From positions 1 to 50,633 of the forward strand of contig JBNKTL010000036.1 in assembly GCA_050298055.1 (NCBI GenBank): a stretch of DNA of 50,633 nt. Reading direction: 5' to 3'. This DNA is from Spirochaetota bacterium. GTDB lineage: Bacteria > Spirochaetota > UBA4802 > UBA5550. A program made the position numbers and the translations under genes. The notes under the pieces were generated by a model, which saw only the letters and a program-made list of their open reading frames with translations, searched no databases and was not told the DNA's origin. Positions 16,018 through 25,249 of the stretch are shown here, one piece after another; position 1 is the first letter of the stretch, and each line of letters starts with the position of its first letter.

Positions 16018-17673
16018 ATGAACACGAAAAAGTATATCTCCGACTATCTTGTCATTGGAAGCGGAATTGCCGGTCTCTCCTTCGCCATTAAGGCCTCCGC
16101 CGGCGGCACGGTAAACCTTGTTACCAAGAAAAAAGAATCAGATTCAAATACCAACTACGCCCAGGGGGGGATTGCCGCGGTCCTTGCCCCCGACGACAGC
16201 TTCAGGAGCCACTTTGATGACACCATGAACGCGGGAGGGGGGCTGTGTAAAAGGGAAGCCCTGGAAGTCATGGTGAAAAACGGCCCGGAACGGATTAAGG
16301 AGCTTATCAACTGGGGGACCCGGTTCTCACACAAAAATGAAACCGATGAAAGCAGCGAACTTGACCTGGGGAAGGAAGGGGGCCATACCCACAAGAGGGT
16401 CGCCCATGCCATGGACCTCACCGGGAAAGAGATCGAAACGGCGCTTCTCAACATGATATCCGGGATTGATAATATTAAGATATTCGAGGACCATACCGCC
16501 GTGGACCTCCTCACGGAACACCAGCTCCGGGCAAAAACAGACTCCGGCATCAACTGCTACGGGGCCTATATCCTGGACAATCTTACGGGGGAAGTCCATA
16601 CATTCAACTCCCGGATAACCCTTCTGGCCACAGGCGGCGCGGGACAGGTCTATCTCCATACAACGAATCCCGATATTGCCACCGGTGACGGGATCGCAAT
16701 GGCATACAGGGCCGGCGCTCTCATCGGCGACATGGAATTCATTCAGTTTCATCCCACATCTCTCTACACCAAGAAAAAAGTGGGGCGGTCATTTCTCATA
16801 AGCGAAGCGGTCCGCGGCGAGGGGGGTATCCTTATCAACTCCCGGGGAGATAAGATCATGGAGAAGGTCCACCCCATGAAAGACCTCGCGCCCCGGGACA
16901 TTGTGGCGAGGACAATCGACAGCGAACTGAAAAAAACCGGGGATGACTGCGTTTTTCTTGATATTACTTCAAAGAAGAAGGAGTTTCTTCAAAAGAGGTT
17001 TCCCGCAATATATAACTACTGCCTCAAACAGGGAATTGACATTTCAGCGGAACCCATTCCCGTTGTTCCCGCCGCCCATTACCTCTGCGGCGGAGTTATC
17101 ACGGACATCAACGGCCGGACCAATATCAGGAACCTCTACGTGTCCGGCGAGTGCGCCTGTACGGGGGTGCACGGCGCCAACAGGCTGGCCAGCAATTCTC
17201 TCCTTGAAGGGGTTGTTTTCTCCCACCGGTCTTTTCTGGAATCATCAAAATACCTGGAAAAGAACAGAAATGAGATAAAAATACCCGGTTATCCCCACTG
17301 GAGCAAAGAGGGGACCTTCGACCTGAAGGAGTGGATACTGGTAAACCACAACATCGATGATGTCAAGAGGCTCATGTGGGACTATGTGGGCATCGTCAGG
17401 TCGGACATGAGACTTGAAAAAGCATACAGGAGGATCCTGATGCTCGCGGAAGAGATACACGACTATTACAGAAAGAGCACAATCTCTTCGAAAATCGTTG
17501 AACTGAGAAACCTTGCCACCGTGGCGAAGCTGATAATAAAATGCGCCATGACCCGAAAAGACAGTATCGGCCTCCACTACAATATCGACCATATAAAGAG
17601 AGGAGAAAGCCTTACAAATGTTGTTCTCAGGTCAGGGAGCGACCCCTCTCTCATTGACGCTTCACAGAGGTAA
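16018..17673 (+). CDS. nadB: L-aspartate oxidase
   Basis: IGSGIAGL, NTNYAQGGIAA, EGGHT, QFHPT, LISEAVRGEG, LAPRDIVAR, PAAHYLCGG, TGVHGANRLASNSLLE. Confidence 0.95.
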   Translation: MNTKKYISDYLVIGSGIAGLSFAIKASAGGTVNLVTKKKESDSNTNYAQGGIAAVLAPDDSFRSHFDDTMNAGGGLCKREALEVMVKNGPERIKELINWGTRFSHKNETDESSELDLGKEGGHTHKRVAHAMDLTGKEIETALLNMISGIDNIKIFEDHTAVDLLTEHQLRAKTDSGINCYGAYILDNLTGEVHTFNSRITLLATGGAGQVYLHTTNPDIATGDGIAMAYRAGALIGDMEFIQFHPTSLYTKKKVGRSFLISEAVRGEGGILINSRGDKIMEKVHPMKDLAPRDIVARTIDSELKKTGDDCVFLDITSKKKEFLQKRFPAIYNYCLKQGIDISAEPIPVVPAAHYLCGGVITDINGRTNIRNLYVSGECACTGVHGANRLASNSLLEGVVFSHRSFLESSKYLEKNRNEIKIPGYPHWSKEGTFDLKEWILVNHNIDDVKRLMWDYVGIVRSDMRLEKAYRRILMLAEEIHDYYRKSTISSKIVELRNLATVAKLIIKCAMTRKDSIGLHYNIDHIKRGESLTNVVLRSGSDPSLIDASQR

Positions 17674-17675
17674 CA

Positions 17676-18122
17676 ATGAATTTACCCGGAGGAGTTATCA
17701 TCAGGGATATGGAGATTGACGACCTCAGCGCGGTTTTTCAGCTGGGAGAATCAATCTTTGGAAAGGGGAAAGAGAGCGGGAGGTCATGGAATGAGCAGAA
17801 CCTTGCTGAAGCAATTGCAGATGAGATCGGGCTCTCCTCAGTTGCGGTAAGGAAAAAACAGCTCCTGGGATTTCTCATCGGACGCAGGGAAACCGGTGAT
17901 AAACCGGCAGGAAGAATTATGTGGCTCGGAATAAGGGAAAAATTTAAAAACAGCGGGATAGAAACAGGGATGATAAAAAGATTCAGGGAATCCGCAGTCT
18001 CAAGAAAGTTGAGCATATTAAAAACGGAGATAGACACGGACGATATTCACCTGCTGGAAATTTTTCAAAAATTTGGCTTTACTGAAATTAGAGAAAAAAT
18101 AAGCATGCAACTTGATTTGTGA
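17676..18122 (+). CDS. GNAT-family acetyltransferase
   Basis: IIRDMEIDDL, LLGFLIG, LGIREKFKNSGIETGM (motif A-like), IFQKFGF. Confidence 0.8.
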   Translation: MNLPGGVIIRDMEIDDLSAVFQLGESIFGKGKESGRSWNEQNLAEAIADEIGLSSVAVRKKQLLGFLIGRRETGDKPAGRIMWLGIREKFKNSGIETGMIKRFRESAVSRKLSILKTEIDTDDIHLLEIFQKFGFTEIREKISMQLDL

Positions 18123-18169
18123 AAAGGAATTCATTATTGAAAAATATTTAAAAAGAACCCGGAGAAAAA

Positions 18170-19357
18170 TTGGTTAAGAAATCTAACAGGCAGCTTAAAC
18201 TTGAAGGGCTGATTTCAAAGACAGGGAAGGCAATACCCCCGTCGGGGATACGGAAGTTTTTCGATATCGTCACCTCCATGCCCGAGTGTATCTCCCTGGG
18301 TGTGGGTGAACCTGATTTTACAACGCCCTGGAGGATCTCCGATTCCGGTATCTTCGCCCTGAAGGACGGGTACACTCACTATACCTCCAACAGGGGACTC
18401 ACTGAGCTCCGGGAACGGGTAGCGGAATATACCCTCGCACACTCCGGGACACCGTATGATCCCGAAAGTGAGATTATCATAACACTGGGTGTGAGCCAGG
18501 GCCTTGATATCGCCCTGAGAAGCCTGATAAATCCCGGGGATGAAATTATCATTATCGAACCCTGCTACGTCTCATACTCTGCCAATATAAGCGTCCTCCA
18601 CGGGAAGCCTGTTGTTGTCCCCACGTATTTTGATGACAACTTCGCCATAGACATGGAGATGCTGAAAAAAGCCGTCACCTCCCGGACAAAGGCCATACTT
18701 CTCAACTACCCGTCCAATCCCACGGGGAGTACAATCGGGAAAAAGACCCTGGAAGAGATCGCGTCCCTGGCGGAAAAGAACAACCTGGTTGTTATAACCG
18801 ATGAAATATACTCGGCGATCACCTACGGGCATGAGCATGTCTCCATAAGCTCATTTCCCGGCATGAAAGAGAGGACAATATTCCTTAACGGGTTCTCCAA
18901 GTCCCACGCAATGACAGGCTGGAGGCTGGGATATATCTGCGGCCCCCGGTATCTTGTTGATATTATGATAAAGATCCACCAGTATACCGCCCTCTGCGCC
19001 TCCTCAATGGCCCAGTATGCCGCCATTGAAGCAATAACACACGGGGATAAGGACGTTCAGGCAATGAAGAGAGAATACCTGAAAAGACGCAATTATATAA
19101 CAAACAGGTTCAACGAGATAGGGCTCCCCTGTCTCAAACCTGAAGGGGCATTTTATGTTTTCCCCCGGATATCCGGGACCGGCCTGGACTCCAACGATTT
19201 TGCCATCAGGCTCATCGAGGACCAGAAGGTCGCGGTTGTTCCCGGTATTGCTTTCGGTGAATGCGGAGAGGGGCATGTCCGCTGTTCATACGCCACATCC
19301 ATGGACAACATAAAGGAAGCCCTGAACAGGATTGAAAAATTCGTAAACAAGCTCTGA
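18170..19357 (+). CDS. Class I/II PLP-dependent aminotransferase
   Basis: ISLGVGEPDF, NYPSNPTG, TDEIY, NGFSKSHAMTGWRLG, PEGAFYVF, VRCSYA; TTG start. Confidence 0.93.
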   Translation: MVKKSNRQLKLEGLISKTGKAIPPSGIRKFFDIVTSMPECISLGVGEPDFTTPWRISDSGIFALKDGYTHYTSNRGLTELRERVAEYTLAHSGTPYDPESEIIITLGVSQGLDIALRSLINPGDEIIIIEPCYVSYSANISVLHGKPVVVPTYFDDNFAIDMEMLKKAVTSRTKAILLNYPSNPTGSTIGKKTLEEIASLAEKNNLVVITDEIYSAITYGHEHVSISSFPGMKERTIFLNGFSKSHAMTGWRLGYICGPRYLVDIMIKIHQYTALCASSMAQYAAIEAITHGDKDVQAMKREYLKRRNYITNRFNEIGLPCLKPEGAFYVFPRISGTGLDSNDFAIRLIEDQKVAVVPGIAFGECGEGHVRCSYATSMDNIKEALNRIEKFVNKL

Positions 19358-19363
19358 CGGGAC

Positions 19364-19858
19364 ATGGCAGTATTAATTGACGGTTTCAATCTCATCTACA
19401 AGTTTCCTCATCTCGAATCGATGATGTATGAAAACCGGCTCAACGACGCGCGGAAAGGGCTCCTGGAAATCCTGGGTGAATATAACAGTATCAAAACAGA
19501 AGAGATAAAGGTCATTTTTGACGGGAAAAAAAATCCTTCGGACAAAACAACAAGGGACCGTTTCAGGAACATCCATATCTATTTCTCCCTGGACTACTCG
19601 GCGGACTCTCTTATCAAAGAACTTGTGAAAAAGAGCATAAATCCGAAGATGATTACCGTGGTGACATCCGATAAAGAGATCGCGGTTTTCGCGGGGAGGT
19701 TCAGGGCCCGGGTCATAAAGAGCGAGGTCTTTGCCGCCGCGGTGATAAAAGAAATTGAGGATTTCAAGAGATCCGCAATCAGGGAAAAGGAGGAGGACCC
19801 TCTCCTCTCACGGGAAGAGATCAGTTACTGGGAAGAGATCTTTAAAAAAAAGAGATAA
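19364..19858 (+). CDS. NYN-domain protein (YacP/Rae1-like)
   Basis: LIDGFNLI, VIFDG, SADSLI, VVTSDKEI. Confidence 0.88.
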   Translation: MAVLIDGFNLIYKFPHLESMMYENRLNDARKGLLEILGEYNSIKTEEIKVIFDGKKNPSDKTTRDRFRNIHIYFSLDYSADSLIKELVKKSINPKMITVVTSDKEIAVFAGRFRARVIKSEVFAAAVIKEIEDFKRSAIREKEEDPLLSREEISYWEEIFKKKR

Positions 19859-19861
19859 CTC

Positions 19862-20794
19862 TCACTCCCGGGAGAGATTATTATTGAAAAACTTCATCAC
19901 CCGTTCCAGGGCAGAACTCCACGCGTCCCAGTCGTGTTTCTTATACTTCTTTCTCCTGTAGACCACTTCTCTGTTGCCGCCGGCTTTCTTCTTTACCTGG
20001 TTGAGCCGTATCACAAGAACAAGGGACTGCTTATCTGAAAAAACATAATCGTGACTTCCGTGAAAAAGATAAACCGCCGTATTGCCCAGGTTTTCCGCCA
20101 TCTTGATAACGTTGTCATCATTTTCCCACCGGCTTTTAAATTTTGTATAGTCCCCGTAGATGTCAGAGATAAGGCTGTTCTTCGACTGGTTTATCTTATC
20201 ATAGAGCCCCGATAATCCTGAGACCGCGGTAAAGTCTTTGTTGTAGAGAGACGCCACCATTATCGCTCCCCTCCCTCCGGTTGATGCCCCGAGAATACCG
20301 GTTTTTGCCCTTGTTGACGCAAGGGCAAAAGTACTCCGCACATACTTTAGCAGGACTTCACCGATAAACCGTGATCCCGGCAAACCGCTCCACCTGTACT
20401 TTGTTTCCGGATAGTATTTTGTCTCAAAGAGGGTCTTGCCGGTATCGGGACAGACGATGGCGAAGCCATACCGGTCAGCGTGGGATTCGATCCGTGTATT
20501 TCTGCCCCAGGAAAGGTAATTTGAATCATACCCGTGAAGGGCGATGATTGTCCTCAGCCTGTCACCCCGGGAATATTTCCGGGGAAAGTATATCCGGGCC
20601 GGAACAGCGTACTTTTTTCCGCTGTATTCATACTCAACTTTAAGTTTGTTCAGCCATTTACCCGGCTTGATCTCACCCTTGTAGGTGAACTCAACATCAT
20701 CCGAATAGCCGGTACTCAGGTCTTCATGGGAATAGAGGGCGCCGGATGAAAGGAAAGTCAAAAGGAGTAAAATAATTGGTCTCTTCATATTCAT
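19862..20794 (-). CDS. Secreted alpha/beta-hydrolase (esterase family)
   Basis: Signal peptide, ALHG, GASTGG nucleophile elbow, HGSHD, KHDW; start uncertain (20821/20794/20788). Confidence 0.85.
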   Translation of the reverse strand: MNMKRPIILLLLTFLSSGALYSHEDLSTGYSDDVEFTYKGEIKPGKWLNKLKVEYEYSGKKYAVPARIYFPRKYSRGDRLRTIIALHGYDSNYLSWGRNTRIESHADRYGFAIVCPDTGKTLFETKYYPETKYRWSGLPGSRFIGEVLLKYVRSTFALASTRAKTGILGASTGGRGAIMVASLYNKDFTAVSGLSGLYDKINQSKNSLISDIYGDYTKFKSRWENDDNVIKMAENLGNTAVYLFHGSHDYVFSDKQSLVLVIRLNQVKKKAGGNREVVYRRKKYKKHDWDAWSSALERVMKFFNNNLSRE

Positions 20795-21019
20795 AGTATT
20801 TTTTTCGATTCTCGTTCTCATTTTTCATGATAAATTGTCACTACCCGGCTTTATGGTAAAATAATCTATTTACTAAAAATATCATCAATATGTCCTTTCC
20901 GCCCAAGGCAGCGATATACCAGATATGTTTTTAATGAATATGATTATTCATATACAAAGCTCAAGTAACTGTGTTAAATTTTATATTCCGGTAAGATTAA
21001 AATCAAGAACTTATTTTAC

Positions 21020-21976
21020 TTACTCAAAATATTCAAAGGCATCGATAATGTCCAGGTAGACCCCGTCAAAGCCCGCGTCCATGATCTTTTTCAGATAGGA
21101 AGTGTCATTTCCAAAAATAATATTCTGCCACTGGCTTTCCCAGTATTTCACAACATAATTTCCCGGCCAGTCGGGATTCTCGGCAACGATCCATGAGGGA
21201 GAACCGATGGACCAGGACTGCCAGTAGTAGCGGTAATTCTCCGCTTCTCCAATGCTCATGTATGCAATAACAAGTCTTGCGCCTCCGCTGTTTTTTGTTT
21301 TCAGTGAATTTATATCCGACAGTGAAAATTCCACGTCATTGTAGAACAGGTCCATGATTATCAGGTCATAATCCGTTGCCTGCAGTTTAGAAAGTAAATC
21401 GGCTTTATCAGAGAATCCGTCATAGTTAATAATATAGAGAAAGTTCTTCGCCTCTGAGAGTGAATTAACTGGGTCTGTATTCGTATTATGGACAGTCGGA
21501 GGATAAGTGGGAATAAGATTCAGCTCCCTGTCAGGGGCAGCAAAGGAGATATAGCCCTTCGCCTCATTTTGTGTATAGGAATCATCCATCTTTGAATTCT
21601 CAGAACAGTAGTCTGTAGTTAAAACTTCAACATTATTGAGTTCGCAGATATCGAGAAAATCCGTCATGTATCCGGTATCCGATGCCGATGTGGCAACGTT
21701 GTCGTTATCATAGCCGTAGAAGAGGTCCTCTCTCCCCACGCCGTCTATGGCATTGAGATATTCCGTTGCGGGGTCCCCATCCCCGTTACCGTCAACAGTT
21801 ACCAGTTCCTGGCCGTTTTGTGGAATGATAATAAAGTCAGGATCAACAGCTTTCGCGTACCCGCTGATCCCGATGACGAATTCTCTCATTTTCTCTTTAT
21901 AGTTAACGTCACTTCCGCTCCCACCGCAGGAGAGATAAAAAGAAGTAATAATCATTAATGCGCATACTTTTTTCAT
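21020..21976 (-). CDS. Lipoprotein glycoside hydrolase, TM1410/MJ1477 (GH114-like endo-alpha-1,4-polygalactosaminidase) family
   Basis: FYLS-C lipobox; IIPQNG, EDLFYG, IAYMSIGEAENYRYYW, ENPDWPGNY, GFDGVYLD. Confidence 0.88.
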   Translation of the reverse strand: MKKVCALMIITSFYLSCGGSGSDVNYKEKMREFVIGISGYAKAVDPDFIIIPQNGQELVTVDGNGDGDPATEYLNAIDGVGREDLFYGYDNDNVATSASDTGYMTDFLDICELNNVEVLTTDYCSENSKMDDSYTQNEAKGYISFAAPDRELNLIPTYPPTVHNTNTDPVNSLSEAKNFLYIINYDGFSDKADLLSKLQATDYDLIIMDLFYNDVEFSLSDINSLKTKNSGGARLVIAYMSIGEAENYRYYWQSWSIGSPSWIVAENPDWPGNYVVKYWESQWQNIIFGNDTSYLKKIMDAGFDGVYLDIIDAFEYFE

Positions 21977-22107
21977 AGATTTTCCTGTTGTTTTTTAGTC
22001 ATTACCGGGAAGACCCCCGGTTTCGCATTCACTCCTGGAGTCCGGGGTCTTTACTCATATTTATATTCTTATACTACCCTCTTCTCCTGCCAGTGCAAGA
22101 ATTTTTT

Positions 22108-23502
22108 TTAACCGGGTATTTCTTCTTTGCCGGTTTCTCCCCGGCTTCTTGTAAGAAAATACCTCCAGAGGGAGAAAACAGCCACCCCCAGGAACAGCAC
22201 AAAGAGGGCGAAACGTGAGGTCCTGGTCCATGCCATAAAACCGGTGATCATCATCCCCGAGGAGAGGAGGATAAAAACCAGCGGAGTCAGGGGATAGAGG
22301 GGGACCCTGAAGGGCCGGGGGATATCCGGATGCTTTATTCTCATGTAAATAAGCCCCGTCACCGTAAGGATGGGAAATATTCCCAGGGCAAACCCCATAT
22401 ACTCCATGAGAAACTTCGCGCTGCCAATGAAAACATAGAGGACCGAAAGCAGGACCTGTACCAGGACCGAAAGGGACGGGGTCTTGAAGGTGGGGTGTAT
22501 CCGGGAAAGCATACCAAAGATCATTTTGTCCCGTGCCATGGCGTAGTAGACCCGGGGACCGATCATCATCTCCACGGATATTGAGGAGAGAAGAATAAGC
22601 GCGATTGCAAGGGTGAAAAAGCTGGATACGCGGGGCCCGAAGAGGTTCTTTGTGGCGATTACGCCTATTGCCTCCTGCCCCATGAGTTCTTCACCGGGAG
22701 ATGATACCAGGAAAACAACATTGAGCGCCACATAGATGATCATGGTCAGGAGCGTTCCCAAAAAGAGGGCCCGGGGCAGGAACTTCTGCGGGTCCTTCAA
22801 TTCACCTGTAATATATGATGCCCCGTTCCACCCGGAGTAGGAAAACATGATAATCAGAAGAACAAGGCCGGTGCCGGGCAGTCCCGGTGCCCCGGTTGGA
22901 GCGGATACGGGATAGACCTGCGTCAGTCTCCGGACCTTGCCCCAGTCGGCAAAAGAGAGACCGAGACCGATAAGCGACAGGACAATGAGAAGCTTCAGGA
23001 GAGCAAGGAAATTCTGGATCCTGCTTCCGGACTTCACCCCGTGAATATGGACAGCGCCGAAGAGGAGGATGATAAATGCCGCAATAAATTTCTGTGTCCA
23101 GGGACCGTCGAGAAGAGAACAGGAAGACCCGTTGACGCTCATGAAATTTTTCAGGAACTGGTTGAGGTATTCTACAAAGGTAATTGAACTGATGGCAACA
23201 GAAGCGGAAAAACCCACCACAAGGGAGATCCATCCCGAGAGAAAAGAAGAGAGAAAACCGAAGGAGTTTCTCAGGTAGACATATTCCCCCCCCACATGGG
23301 GCCACATTGTGGCAAGTTCGGAATAACAGAGACAGCCGGTCACGGCAACAACACCCCCCGTAAACCAGAGAAGAAGGACTGTTAATGAATTCCCGGACAT
23401 CTCAAGAACAGTACCGGTTGTGATGAAAATCCCGGTCCCGATCATGCTCGCCACAACCACCAGGATGGCTGTTGTTAATCCAAATTCTTTTTTTAATTCC
23501 AA
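22108..23502 (-). CDS. APC-family amino acid permease
   Basis: SMIGTGIF, YSELATMWPHVGGEYVY, FSYSGWN, GELKDPQK, PRVYYAMARD, RPFRVPLYP; about 12 TM; TTG start. Confidence 0.92.
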   Translation of the reverse strand: MELKKEFGLTTAILVVVASMIGTGIFITTGTVLEMSGNSLTVLLLWFTGGVVAVTGCLCYSELATMWPHVGGEYVYLRNSFGFLSSFLSGWISLVVGFSASVAISSITFVEYLNQFLKNFMSVNGSSCSLLDGPWTQKFIAAFIILLFGAVHIHGVKSGSRIQNFLALLKLLIVLSLIGLGLSFADWGKVRRLTQVYPVSAPTGAPGLPGTGLVLLIIMFSYSGWNGASYITGELKDPQKFLPRALFLGTLLTMIIYVALNVVFLVSSPGEELMGQEAIGVIATKNLFGPRVSSFFTLAIALILLSSISVEMMIGPRVYYAMARDKMIFGMLSRIHPTFKTPSLSVLVQVLLSVLYVFIGSAKFLMEYMGFALGIFPILTVTGLIYMRIKHPDIPRPFRVPLYPLTPLVFILLSSGMMITGFMAWTRTSRFALFVLFLGVAVFSLWRYFLTRSRGETGKEEIPG

Positions 23503-23604
23503 GCTGAAATCCTGTTCACCTGAAGCTCCTGACGCCGCTCATTGTCTTTCCCTGTGGGTTTGGGAAATTTAGGGACAGCCCCCGGAAAGTCAATAAGATA
23601 AAAT

Positions 23605-24285
23605 TTATTTTATCTCACCGCTCTCTTTCATGCTGTAGTATGACCTGACCGATACAATGATATGGTCAAGGAGCGGGATACCGATTATTTTACCGGCTTC
23701 AACAAGCCTCTCGGTGGTTATAAGATCTTCCCGGGACGGTGTCAGAATACCGGAAGGGTGATTGTGGGATATAATGATGGCTGACCCCCCTTCACGGATG
23801 GCGTCCCGGAACACCTCCCGGGGATGGACAATAGACTCCGAGACCGTCCCGATTGAGATCAAAGATTTTTTCAACACCATGTTCTTGTTGTTAACAACAA
23901 GGACCATAAACTTCTCTCTCTGGAAGCCGGCAATCTCCGGGAGAAGAAGCCTCCACACGGCCTCAGGTGAATCGACCCTCTGCAGGTTTTCCCACAGGGT
24001 AAACGCCCTCCTGCCCAGTTCAAGGGCCGCGCTTATCCGCACAGCTTTCTTCAGGCCCACTCCCGTATGGCCTGAAAGCTCCCTTAATCCCGAATCACGG
24101 AGTCCCTGCAGCCCCCCGGAACTTCTCAGGATACCCGATGAGAGCTGGATCACGTCCCGGTTTTTTGTCCCTGTACCGAGAATGATGGCAAGAAGATCGG
24201 GATCGGAGAGGTTCCTGATATCCTCACCCTTAATACATCTCTGAAGGGGAAGGTGGCTGTTATCTAAATTTACTTCTCTTTTCAT
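23605..24285 (-). CDS. radC: RadC/JAB-domain protein
   Basis: LLAIILGTG, HhH GVGLKKA, ELGRR, IVHPREVF, SHNHPSG...PSRED, LLDHIIV. Confidence 0.93.
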   Translation of the reverse strand: MKREVNLDNSHLPLQRCIKGEDIRNLSDPDLLAIILGTGTKNRDVIQLSSGILRSSGGLQGLRDSGLRELSGHTGVGLKKAVRISAALELGRRAFTLWENLQRVDSPEAVWRLLLPEIAGFQREKFMVLVVNNKNMVLKKSLISIGTVSESIVHPREVFRDAIREGGSAIIISHNHPSGILTPSREDLITTERLVEAGKIIGIPLLDHIIVSVRSYYSMKESGEIK

Positions 24286-24352
24286 GACATACTCCCTGTA
24301 ATTATATACGATCGGGGAGCGTTAAGCATGAAAACTTTTTTAGGCAAAAGTG

Positions 24353-24627
24353 TTACTTATCAAAAAACTTCAAAGTCAGCATGAGCAGTGTGATAAAAAC
24401 AGGCAGGAACCAGGTAAGGAATGTCATCCTCTTTTCCAGGGAACTGAATTTCGAATCCATTGCATTGAATTTCGTATCAAATTTCGTATTAATGGCATCA
24501 AATTTGACATTCAGCTCTTCCATAAGTGAGTTTTTAAATTTTCTCAGCTTTTCGTGAGGATGTTCTCAAAGCGCTGTTCACTTATCTCGATTATTTCATC
24601 CTTGATTGTCTTGTATTCATCAAATGG
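24353..24627 (-). pseudogene. Frameshifted, 5'-truncated coiled-coil plus C-terminal TM gene (DUF1640/Bdr-like architecture)
   Basis: Frame A (24627-24544): PFDEYKTIKDEIIEISEQRFENILTKS*. Frame B (24550-24353): KLRKFKNSLMEELNVKFDAINTKFDTKFNAMDSKFSSLEKRMTFLTWFLPVFITLLMLTLKFFDK*. Confidence 0.6.
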
Positions 24628-24661
24628 CTAATAGAGACATATCAAATAAAAATAAAAACAA

Positions 24662-24690
24662 TGTCCCCGCCGCCTTCGGCGGCGGGGACA
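24662..24690. repeat. Perfect GC-rich palindrome, copy 2
   Basis: TGTCCCCGCCGCC-TTC-GGCGGCGGGGACA, same 13-bp stem as 7201-7229; followed on the minus strand by TTGTTTTTATTTTT. Confidence 0.85.
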
Positions 24691-24905
24691 CATCAGTTAT
24701 ATTTTTTTATTAATATGTCTATTGCATACATAGCTGAATAATAACATTATTTACAAAACTTCCCAATCTATTATACGATTGAGAAATTTAAATGATAAAA
24801 ACTTTTTAAAAAATATATAATAAATAAAGTTGACAAAGAAATCTTTGTAAAGATATTTGAAGACATGCAAATAAACTGAATGAAAGTTATATAAAGATAT
24901 CTCTT

Positions 24906-25172
24906 ATGGAAAAATCAGAAAAAAAATATAATTCGGTATCATGTCCTCAATGCTCATCAGATGATACTTCCTCTCACGAACATGACGCAGATGATAGTGA
25001 AGGAAAAGGAATAAAACTCTTTGGCATTCCCCTAACGCCCCCTGTTAAAACCTATCAATGCGGCAAGTGCAATCATACCTGGGAAGACAGAAACCTGGGA
25101 CTTAATATAATGTCATTAGTTATGGTAATTTTTTTCATTTTATATATCATTTTTCTTGTACTTGAAAGTTAA
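24906..25172 (+). CDS. Small zinc-ribbon membrane protein
   Basis: CPQC...YQCGKCNHTW followed by a C-terminal TM helix; TTGACA at 24830. Confidence 0.75.
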   Translation: MEKSEKKYNSVSCPQCSSDDTSSHEHDADDSEGKGIKLFGIPLTPPVKTYQCGKCNHTWEDRNLGLNIMSLVMVIFFILYIIFLVLES

Positions 25173-25249
25173 ATTTAAATACTCATACCTGCTCGGAATA
25201 AGGCCCCCCCAAACAGATTGCAGCCCGAATAAAACATCCGGGATAAATA

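Noticed and set aside
21988..22218. 76-aa plus-strand ORF
   Set aside because: Overlaps the permease 3' end antisense and the hairpin region; no RBS or motif
23605..24285. radC as a marker of a mobile element
   Set aside because: It is the full-length chromosomal form with the HhH region; no integrase, transposase or att site is visible
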